A stretch of 33,937 bases of DNA from positions 1-33,937 of the forward strand of contig JBBCAX010000159.1 of the NCBI GenBank assembly GCA_051382335.1, given 5' to 3'. Position 1 is the stretch's first letter. Each line of letters begins with the position of its first letter. Shown piece after piece: positions 9,416 to 17,243 of the stretch. A program made the position numbers and the translations under genes. The notes under the pieces were generated by a model that saw nothing but the letters and a program-made list of their open reading frames with translations, had not been told where the DNA came from and made no database searches. The stretch comes from Deltaproteobacteria bacterium TL4. GTDB lineage: Bacteria > SAR324 > NAC60-12.

Positions 9416-10966
9416 TTATTTCGGTTGGGCACGTCCTCCTATCAGCTTTTCACGTTTAAGCTGATGACCATAACGAGTCTTCACTATTTTTGTGTGTATT
9501 TGCTTGTATTGATGAGTCACCCTCCCTTTCGATTTTCTAAGTTGAGCATAAACGCTTGGGGGGAGCTTAAAAAATGCCATTCTTGCGGCCTTATTCATCA
9601 ACGTTTGATAGTATTCTTTCTCCAAGTGATGTGTTTTCAAATAATGGAGTTTGGTGTCAATGTAAGTTTTAAAAGCCAGCATTTTTAATTTCTGATCAGA
9701 CATTTTAGTAAAGTTGATGAAACGTCCCCTTTCATAACCCAATACAAATTCTTCCATATCACCGATGATTCCTTCTTTCACAGCATGATCCCACAAGGCG
9801 GTTTCCGGAAAAGGAATGGGCGTGTTTACAGAAATGGGCCAGACGTTTAATTTTTTAAGGAAATCAATCGTGTCGGCGACCGTTTCTTCCGTTTCAGAAG
9901 GGTAACCAATAATGATCTCAGGAACATTTTTAATGCCTGCGTTCTTTGTTCTCAGGCCTGCGGCAAGGTTTTGTACTTTAGAGGAACGTTTATTCATTTC
10001 ATCAAGAATGACATCAGAACCACTTTCGTAACCGTAATTCAGCATCACACAGCCTGCTTGCTTGAGGCGGACCAGCGTCTCATCATCAACCGTATCAACT
10101 CGTGCACTGAGAACAATGAAATAGATATCCATTGGGGCCGCTATTAATGCGTCACAAAAACTCATAACCCATTTTTTCTTTGCGGTTGTCAGCTCATCGT
10201 TAATTTGAAAAAGACTGACATTATAGGTTTCATGAAGGAATCTCATCATCTTGACCACATACTCAACACCGTGTTGACGCACGCCTTGCAAGTGCCGATA
10301 ACAGAAACTGCATTTATCAGTACATCCTCGAGCCGTGATGATGGGGAAGAGATGCTTTCCTTTTAGTTTTGAAACCATTTCAGCATATTCTGCAGTGCCC
10401 TTAAAATAGTGATTGAGCCAATTTTCCGCAGAATCCAAATAATCTTCAACTTTAATAAGAGAGTATTCAGGAAAAGGAATGTCATCTAAATTTCTAACTT
10501 GGGGGCGACGTTCTGTCCGGAAAATGCTTCCGTCTTTCAAAAATGAAATCCCTGGCACCCCTGCAATATCGCCTCCTTGAGCAAGGGTTGTCAACAAGTG
10601 GGGAAAGGTGATTTCAGCTTCTCCATGCACCACAACATCCGCGCCTGCTTTTTTTAACAACAGCCCGCTGACAGAAGTAATCACGCCTCCGACAATAATA
10701 ATGATTTCAGGATACGCTGCTTTGAGCAGATGGATCAACTCTTTACAACGCTTATATCCCGCGGTGATGCCGCCAATACCGACAGTTTGCGGTTTAAATT
10801 CCCCTACGATTTCTATAAAATTGTCATCACTGATAGAATATTTGACTAAGTCAACAATCTTGACCTTATGCCCTGCATGGAAGGCCGCCGTAGCCGCACT
10901 GAGTAAACCAAAGGGCAAGGATCCCTCAAATTCTTCAGAAGGGGTTTCAATCATCAAAACATTCAT
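9416..10966 (-). CDS. Cobalamin-binding radical SAM protein (class B methyltransferase-like)
   Basis: N-terminal B12-binding domain (PFGLL...IIVGG...VVHGEAE), TARGCTDKCSFC (CX3CX2C), GYESGS and PFPET. Confidence 0.9.
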   Translation of the reverse strand: MNVLMIETPSEEFEGSLPFGLLSAATAAFHAGHKVKIVDLVKYSISDDNFIEIVGEFKPQTVGIGGITAGYKRCKELIHLLKAAYPEIIIIVGGVITSVSGLLLKKAGADVVVHGEAEITFPHLLTTLAQGGDIAGVPGISFLKDGSIFRTERRPQVRNLDDIPFPEYSLIKVEDYLDSAENWLNHYFKGTAEYAEMVSKLKGKHLFPIITARGCTDKCSFCYRHLQGVRQHGVEYVVKMMRFLHETYNVSLFQINDELTTAKKKWVMSFCDALIAAPMDIYFIVLSARVDTVDDETLVRLKQAGCVMLNYGYESGSDVILDEMNKRSSKVQNLAAGLRTKNAGIKNVPEIIIGYPSETEETVADTIDFLKKLNVWPISVNTPIPFPETALWDHAVKEGIIGDMEEFVLGYERGRFINFTKMSDQKLKMLAFKTYIDTKLHYLKTHHLEKEYYQTLMNKAARMAFFKLPPSVYAQLRKSKGRVTHQYKQIHTKIVKTRYGHQLKREKLIGGRAQPK

Positions 10967-10975
10967 AGGCTCTCT

Positions 10976-12184
10976 TTAGTTTTTTTGTGAATCGACGGGT
11001 AAGTCCCTGGTGTTGATTGGAAATTCAAGTATTGAACCATTTACAAACAGACCTGTCAACACGTGGACAGGAAGGAGATTTTTGTCCTCCGTTGATTTGT
11101 TGATTACGTTCTCAACACGGAGCACCGTTTGATTGATCTCAAAAAGCTGCTTCACTTTATCTCTTCCTTGGAGGCCATAACGGGTTCGCAGTTCTGGCGC
11201 GTCATTGAGTTGCTCAATCCGGCTGATAAACGTTTCGAGGTTATTGAATTCAACCAAAAATCCTGTTTTCCCATGGTCTATAATTTCTGGATTACTACTG
11301 ACATCAAAGGCAATTACAGGTTTCTTTGAGGCCATGGCTTCCACCAGGACATAACCAAAACCTTCCCATAACGAGGGTAACAAAAAGAGATCAATGGATT
11401 CCATAAAACTTTTGACATCTTCCACAAAACCGAAAAAGGTAACGTCCTGTTCCAGCCCCAACGCCTGTACCTGTTCCTTCAGGGAAGCTTCAAGGGGTCC
11501 ACTGCCTCCGATCACCAGGTGAAATTGAACTCCACGAGCTTTGAGTTGTTTTGCCATTTCAAGTAAGAGGCTTTGTCCTTTTTGAGTCACAAGTCGTCCC
11601 AGGTTTCCTAAAATGAGACGCTTCTGCTGTCTGAAGGCCAACGGCTTTGAAACCGCATGGTCATAGGCCTTCAAATCAAGGCCATTATAAATTACAGTAA
11701 TTTTTTGGTCTTCAATCAAGTCAGGATTATTTTGAAGAATCGTCTTTTTGGTTTCATAGGAGTTGGCAATGACTTCGGTAATAATCCGTTTGAAAAGGAA
11801 ACGGTTCAAACCCGTATTTTTGATAGGAATGGCACTTCCCCGACGATAAATAATTTGAGGAACGCCTGCAATCGCAGAGGCAAATCCTGCGACTTTCAGA
11901 TCTTCGGAAAGGTTCATAATTATGGTTTGAACCTTCTCCGCTTTCAAGAGTTTTGCGATTTTAAAAACTTTGAAAACATTCAAGAAACTGAACTTGCTGA
12001 TGCGGAGACCATAAGTCTTGACCGGGGTGTCTTTGAGTCTGGAAAAGAGTTCACTTTCTTGATTGGTGATAAAAACAACAGCATAATTTTTTTGAGCTAA
12101 GCGAGTTGAAATATCAAAATGCCATTTTTCACCGCCACCCCAAACCTTGCAACTATTAAAAAAACAAATTACTTTTTGTGGCAT
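10976..12184 (-). CDS. GT4 glycosyltransferase
   Basis: WGGGEK, IYNG, GRLVTQKG and PSLWEGFGYVLVEAM; start reassigned to ATG 12184 (TGATG coupling with the upstream gene). Confidence 0.9.
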   Translation of the reverse strand: MPQKVICFFNSCKVWGGGEKWHFDISTRLAQKNYAVVFITNQESELFSRLKDTPVKTYGLRISKFSFLNVFKVFKIAKLLKAEKVQTIIMNLSEDLKVAGFASAIAGVPQIIYRRGSAIPIKNTGLNRFLFKRIITEVIANSYETKKTILQNNPDLIEDQKITVIYNGLDLKAYDHAVSKPLAFRQQKRLILGNLGRLVTQKGQSLLLEMAKQLKARGVQFHLVIGGSGPLEASLKEQVQALGLEQDVTFFGFVEDVKSFMESIDLFLLPSLWEGFGYVLVEAMASKKPVIAFDVSSNPEIIDHGKTGFLVEFNNLETFISRIEQLNDAPELRTRYGLQGRDKVKQLFEINQTVLRVENVINKSTEDKNLLPVHVLTGLFVNGSILEFPINTRDLPVDSQKN

Positions 12185-13314
12185 CACACTCCCTCTTCCC
12201 GTAACAAACTCTGATAAAACTGGTGGACTTGTCCGATCACCTTTTCCCGTCGAAAGCGCTGAACCCATTGATGACTTTTTTCGATCATCGCCTGTCGTCG
12301 CGGATCATTCGTCAGAACATCGTAAATACCTTTCGCGATATCCTGAATATTTCCAGGATCCACATACGCGCTATAGGGACCACCGGCTTCGGGCAAGCAC
12401 GACCTATTGGAAGTCACCACAGGAACCTTGCTGAATAAGGCTTCAATAATGGGAATGCCAAAGCCTTCAAAAACGGAAGGATAGACAAATAAATCCGCAC
12501 CCTGATAAATAAAGGGGAGATCTTGAAAGGACACCTGCTTATGAAAAATTACTCGATTTTCAAAAGCATTTTCTTGAAGAAAAGCGTGTATCCGCTTTTT
12601 TTGAGGTCCAGCCCCCACCAGAACCAAGGGAAGATCGATTTCATTTCTCAATAAATAAAGCGCCTTAACAAGATTCAAGGGCTGTTTGCGCTCGGTTAAG
12701 GAACCTACAAACAAAAGGTAGCGATTTGGCAAAGCCTGGTCTTTTTTGAACGCCTGGATCCTTTCTTCTGGAATTTTTTCATAAAACGCGGGATCACAAC
12801 TTTGATAGATCACTTCAATTTTATTTTCTGAAACCCCATAAAACTCGATAATGTCGTTCTTTGTTTGCTGACTCACCGCTATGATTTTATCCGCATGGAA
12901 ACAACTGTACTTAAACTTATGCTGATAGGAGAGGCGATCCATCCAGGGAAAGAATTCAGGATAACGAATGAAGATCAAATCATGAATAGTAACGATGGTT
13001 TTGATAGAAGCAGGAATTCCGTGTGGAATTTCGTGAGAAAGGCCATGAAATAAATCGATGTGATCCTCTTGAAGACGCCGAGCAATGCCATAACTTCGCC
13101 ATAAAGGGTGAAAAGTGCGAGTGAAAAAATTTTGAGGTTTGACGATTGTGGCTTCAGGAACTTGTTCGGCAAAGGCCAGTTGTTCTTTGGGAGTATACAG
13201 AAAATATTCGTGCTTTGGGTAGTCATGAAGCAAAGACGTAATGAGAGTACGAGAATAACTACCCAACCCCGTCGTATTACAAAAGGCCCTTTTGGCGTCA
13301 AAACCAATTTTCAT
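12184..13314 (-). CDS. GT4 glycosyltransferase (MtfB-like)
   Basis: MKIGFDAKRAF, TIHDL and YPSVFEGFGIPIIEA. Confidence 0.92.
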   Translation of the reverse strand: MKIGFDAKRAFCNTTGLGSYSRTLITSLLHDYPKHEYFLYTPKEQLAFAEQVPEATIVKPQNFFTRTFHPLWRSYGIARRLQEDHIDLFHGLSHEIPHGIPASIKTIVTIHDLIFIRYPEFFPWMDRLSYQHKFKYSCFHADKIIAVSQQTKNDIIEFYGVSENKIEVIYQSCDPAFYEKIPEERIQAFKKDQALPNRYLLFVGSLTERKQPLNLVKALYLLRNEIDLPLVLVGAGPQKKRIHAFLQENAFENRVIFHKQVSFQDLPFIYQGADLFVYPSVFEGFGIPIIEALFSKVPVVTSNRSCLPEAGGPYSAYVDPGNIQDIAKGIYDVLTNDPRRQAMIEKSHQWVQRFRREKVIGQVHQFYQSLLREEGV

Positions 13315-13400
13315 CTAATGAGTCATCTCGTAAGTAAGTCACCGAAAAGGGAAATCATCCTTTGAAGAAAAGTAAAAAACGCAAAGTCCGAAACAACGAC

Positions 13401-13425
13401 TCAAGACAGGGAAACGCTCTGTCCT
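13401..13425 (-). terminator. Hairpin downstream of actF, possible terminator or processing site
   Basis: Minus strand CAGGACAG-AGCGTTTCC-CTGTCTTG stem; the T-run follows only about 20 nt later, so it is not a canonical terminator. Confidence 0.3.
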
Positions 13426-13446
13426 GAACAGGTGTGATCCTCTGGC

Positions 13447-14721
13447 TCAGTGTCCATGCCAACCTTTACACAAATGCTTATCAGAAATTGGCAAAATAGG
13501 AACTTTTCCTAAAAAGGTGAGGTAGCAAAGTAAAAAACCACCTAAAAACCCCAAGGTGATCATAATTTCATGCAGTCCAAAGTAAAAGTGATAGTTTCCA
13601 GGCTCTTGCAGCGAGGGCACAACCATCAAATAAATGGACAACCACTGACCCACCGCAACATAAACAGCGGCTGCACGCACAAAGTTAGGATTTCGGCAAA
13701 GCGTTCTTGGCATTAATCCAAAGAAAACAGAAATAAACAGCCAGAAAAACAACAGCACAAACAAAGTACGCCAAGGCTCTTCTACCGAGCGAATGATCAA
13801 ATAAGGTGTTTCTTCCGCAAGGTTGCCATACCAGATCACCAAGAATTGAGAAAAGGCAAAGTACGTCCAAACCATGGTCAACGCCATAATCAGCTTTGCC
13901 ATATCATGAATGCGATTAATACAGAGGTATTCTTCTAACTGTAATTTCTGACGGACAGTCACTCCCACAATTAAAATCACAGCCAAGGCCGCTTGTAAAT
14001 TTCCAACTAAAAAGAACGCGCCAAACAAGGTACTGAACCATTCCTGGTCCAGACTCATGACAAAGTCAAAAGCCATCAAAGAACCGCATATCCCATAGAT
14101 GATGGCCAAGGCAGGAGCTACTCTGCGAGAAAGGAGCTCCAAGCGAACGACTTCTTCTTCATGAGAACCATAACCTTTCAACAGCCTGTCCGCAAACGTT
14201 CCACCCCAATTTTTATCTTTAGTTCTGGCCAAACCAAAATCAGGCTTAAGGGATAATTTCATAAAAACAAACGTAATTCCATACATCAACAACATGGCCA
14301 CAATATTCCGGCTGATGAAGAAATAAATATTCAACCAGCCTGCTTTCACCGCATGTCCATTGTGCATAAACGGTTCCCGTGTCCACTCATAAAGGATATG
14401 ACTTCCCACAAATACCAGCAGGAACAGGACAAAGCTTACGGGGAGAAACGCTCCGCAAGCTTCAGCGAAACGCTTGAAAGGGCGCCCCCATTTGGCATCG
14501 GTCAATTGCCATATTACCGCAAAAATGACTCCACCCTGGGCAATGCCCCCCCAAAATAAAACATTGATCAAGAAGACTTGCCAGGTTCGAATAAGCCCCT
14601 CCTCATTTCCCGTAACCAAACCAAAAACAAACATGGTAATCCCCAAACCCACCAATCCCCATAACAATCTTTTGATTTCGTTAGGGATTTCAAACAGGGA
14701 TTTTTCTAACAATTCTTGCAT
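13447..14721 (-). CDS. actF: Alternative complex III subunit ActF (NrfD-like membrane protein)
   Basis: About 10 hydrophobic segments, DFVMSL...WFSTLFG and WTYFAFSQFLVIWYGNLAEE; last gene of the act operon. Confidence 0.9.
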   Translation of the reverse strand: MQELLEKSLFEIPNEIKRLLWGLVGLGITMFVFGLVTGNEEGLIRTWQVFLINVLFWGGIAQGGVIFAVIWQLTDAKWGRPFKRFAEACGAFLPVSFVLFLLVFVGSHILYEWTREPFMHNGHAVKAGWLNIYFFISRNIVAMLLMYGITFVFMKLSLKPDFGLARTKDKNWGGTFADRLLKGYGSHEEEVVRLELLSRRVAPALAIIYGICGSLMAFDFVMSLDQEWFSTLFGAFFLVGNLQAALAVILIVGVTVRQKLQLEEYLCINRIHDMAKLIMALTMVWTYFAFSQFLVIWYGNLAEETPYLIIRSVEEPWRTLFVLLFFWLFISVFFGLMPRTLCRNPNFVRAAAVYVAVGQWLSIYLMVVPSLQEPGNYHFYFGLHEIMITLGFLGGFLLCYLTFLGKVPILPISDKHLCKGWHGH

Positions 14722-14730
14722 TGAATTCTC

Positions 14731-15348
14731 CTATTGACCAAATTCTTGACTTTTTAAATAGTTCACAATATTCCAACGATCCTGGCGGGAAGTATATCCG
14801 CCATAAGCAGGCATACGGCCTTTGGGCTCTTGGTAAAAACTTCCATATCTTATTTTGTTGTAAAGATACGCATCGGGTAAGCTGAGAAACGCAAGAAGGG
14901 GCGGCGCTGGAACACCCTTTAGGGTTACCGGCGTAATGGCTTTTCCATCTTTTCCATGACAGACAGCACAATAAGTATCATACATCACACGTCCATTCGC
15001 AAGAGACTCGGCCGTCGCTTCCGTTTGATTCTCGGGTCTCCCCGCACGTTCGTCTACAGGGACAAAGGCCTCATAGACTTTCTCAAGCTTTCCTAAAACA
15101 AAGCGGACGGGAACCGAGTTTTGAGGAAATTGAGTATAAGATCCTTTTTCCTGGGATTTAAGACTCACGCCATCATTCATTTCTCTAAAATACGCATAGT
15201 CTTTGCCGTCAAACCAGGGGCGTTCATCTTCTTTGATGTTATAACCCCTCTGAGGATCCGCATAAGGCCTGTTTTTGTTTGCCCACGCCAAAGGACTGCC
15301 CAACACCAGCCAACCTAGGATTCCTATCAGGATCGCTTTATTACTCAT
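14731..15348 (-). CDS. actE: ACIII monoheme cytochrome c ActE
   Basis: CAVCHG heme motif, distal MPAYG, DRWNIVNY; probable start MSNKAIL at 15348 with signal peptide. Confidence 0.85.
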   Translation of the reverse strand: MSNKAILIGILGWLVLGSPLAWANKNRPYADPQRGYNIKEDERPWFDGKDYAYFREMNDGVSLKSQEKGSYTQFPQNSVPVRFVLGKLEKVYEAFVPVDERAGRPENQTEATAESLANGRVMYDTYCAVCHGKDGKAITPVTLKGVPAPPLLAFLSLPDAYLYNKIRYGSFYQEPKGRMPAYGGYTSRQDRWNIVNYLKSQEFGQ

Positions 15349-15862
15349 TTTCAATATACACCTCCTCCGCACCGTGTGATATCAATAGGTTTTCATAATC
15401 CTTGGTGTGTCTCAAATCACAGGGAATTACAATTCCAAAACGATCTCTTTGAAAACGAACATACCTTTTGAGCGCCTTTGGTAAAGGATTTTTGAGAGCA
15501 TCCCATGTGGCCAAGCCAATCACTCCAAGCAGAGTGAAGAGTGCCGCGAACAAAATGGTTAATTCAAAGCCAATCACCGCAAAGGGAGGAATGGCCACGA
15601 TGGCCTTCTCACTCACGGGGAGTACCCAATCTGAAGCAGTCCATGCGGGAAAACTAAAACCAATGAGACATCCCAGTGCGCCAAACACTAAGGAAATATA
15701 CGGCAAGCGGGTCTCAGGATTTCCCATCGCATTGTCAATTTCATGACGTGGACAAGGAGAAAGAACCGTAGGAACCACACCTTTATTTTTCACCGCTCTA
15801 ATCGCATTGCTAAATTCGTCCAGATACTCAAAGGTTGCCCAAACCCCTGTAAATCTACTCAT
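15341..15862 (-). CDS. actD: ACIII subunit ActD (DUF3341)
   Basis: SPCP-HEI motif, two TM helices, PF-VIGFELTILFAA; position between actC and actE. Confidence 0.88.
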   Translation of the reverse strand: MSRFTGVWATFEYLDEFSNAIRAVKNKGVVPTVLSPCPRHEIDNAMGNPETRLPYISLVFGALGCLIGFSFPAWTASDWVLPVSEKAIVAIPPFAVIGFELTILFAALFTLLGVIGLATWDALKNPLPKALKRYVRFQRDRFGIVIPCDLRHTKDYENLLISHGAEEVYIENE

Positions 15863-17243
15863 GATGTCCTCCTTTTATCGGTGGTTGGATCGCTTCTTTA
15901 AGCTCCATAATGGCCATCGGTGGTAAGGTTTTTACGAAGATAGTAAACATAGTGAAGAAAAAACCAAATGAACCAATCGTAATCCCTGTTTCAATCACGG
16001 TTGGCCAGTAACTCGACCACGTCGAAGGGAGAAACTCATGCTGCAAGGAACTGCCCACAATATTAAAACGCTCAAACCACATCCCGACATTGATCAATCC
16101 ACAAATAATCCAGACACAAATCACATTATTCCTGATTTTCCAACGCCATAAAGGCAAGGGGGCAATCACATTACAGAAAATCATCAACCAAAACGCAATC
16201 TGAGGAAAGGTGATTTCATGGGTTCCCAGCAAATTCCAACCGACCATCGCGCCAAAAGGACGATAATAAAACAAGGACCGTTCAAAAGGACTGCCACTGT
16301 AGTAAGCCATGAAAAACTCAATCCCATACGCATAGCCCACAATACAGGAGGTAAAGAGGATGACCTTGCACACACTTTGAATCACGTGATTGGTGATATA
16401 CGCTTCCAAGTTAAAAACAACACGGACAGGAATCAACACGGTCATCACCATTGCCAAGCCTGAGAAAATGGCACCCGAAACGAAATAAGGCGCGAAAATT
16501 GTGGTATGCCAGCCCGGGATGGAACTCACCGCAAAGTCCCAGGATACAATGGAATGCACTGAGAATACAAGAGGCGTTGCTAAAGCAGCGAAAATCAAAT
16601 AGCCTCTCATATAATGGAGCCACTGGTGATTGGTTCCTCGCCAGGCCATGGCAAAAGGGGTAAAAATCAACGCTCTCAGCTTTTGTCCCCGACGGGTGGC
16701 CTCATCTCTCAAAATCGCCAGATCGGGAACCAGTCCCATGACAAAAAACAAGATGGATACCGTCATATAGGTCGTAACGGCAAAAACGTCCCATGCCAGA
16801 GGCGACTTGAAGTTGATCCACAACATCCTTTGATTCGGATAAGGAATCAACCAGAAGCCCAACCAAGGACGTCCGGTATGCAGGATCGGAAAAAGTCCTG
16901 CGGTCATTACCGCAAAAACCGTCATGGCTTCGGCACTGCGGTAAATCGCTGTACGCCAAGGGGCCCGTGTTAAATAAAAAACAGCGGAGATCAATGTTCC
17001 CGCATGTCCGATCCCGATCCAAAATACGAAGTTCGTGATATAGAAGCCCCAACCAATCGGATGGTTGATACCACTATATCCCATCCCCACATCCACTTGA
17101 ATGGCAATGCTGATGACAAACAAACCCAGCGCTGTTAAAAATCCCAACAGCAACAAATAATAAGAAGGGTGGGGAGTTTCTAACATTGCCAGCATATCAT
17201 CGTTAATCTTCCCATAAGTCAGATTCGATTTACTCATAATCAC
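15855..17243 (-). CDS. actC: ACIII quinol-binding subunit ActC (NrfD family)
   Basis: WGFYITNFVFWIGIGHAGTLISA, SPLAWDVFAV, SVHSIVSWDFA, PGWHTTIFAPYFV and GMWFERF. Confidence 0.95.
   Translation of the reverse strand: MIMSKSNLTYGKINDDMLAMLETPHPSYYLLLLGFLTALGLFVISIAIQVDVGMGYSGINHPIGWGFYITNFVFWIGIGHAGTLISAVFYLTRAPWRTAIYRSAEAMTVFAVMTAGLFPILHTGRPWLGFWLIPYPNQRMLWINFKSPLAWDVFAVTTYMTVSILFFVMGLVPDLAILRDEATRRGQKLRALIFTPFAMAWRGTNHQWLHYMRGYLIFAALATPLVFSVHSIVSWDFAVSSIPGWHTTIFAPYFVSGAIFSGLAMVMTVLIPVRVVFNLEAYITNHVIQSVCKVILFTSCIVGYAYGIEFFMAYYSGSPFERSLFYYRPFGAMVGWNLLGTHEITFPQIAFWLMIFCNVIAPLPLWRWKIRNNVICVWIICGLINVGMWFERFNIVGSSLQHEFLPSTWSSYWPTVIETGITIGSFGFFFTMFTIFVKTLPPMAIMELKEAIQPPIKGGHHE

Noticed and set aside
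12185..12268. Longer start for the GT4 gene in the ORF track
   Set aside because: It overlaps the upstream GT by 85 bp; the TGATG-coupled ATG at 12184 gives a normal GT4 N-terminus
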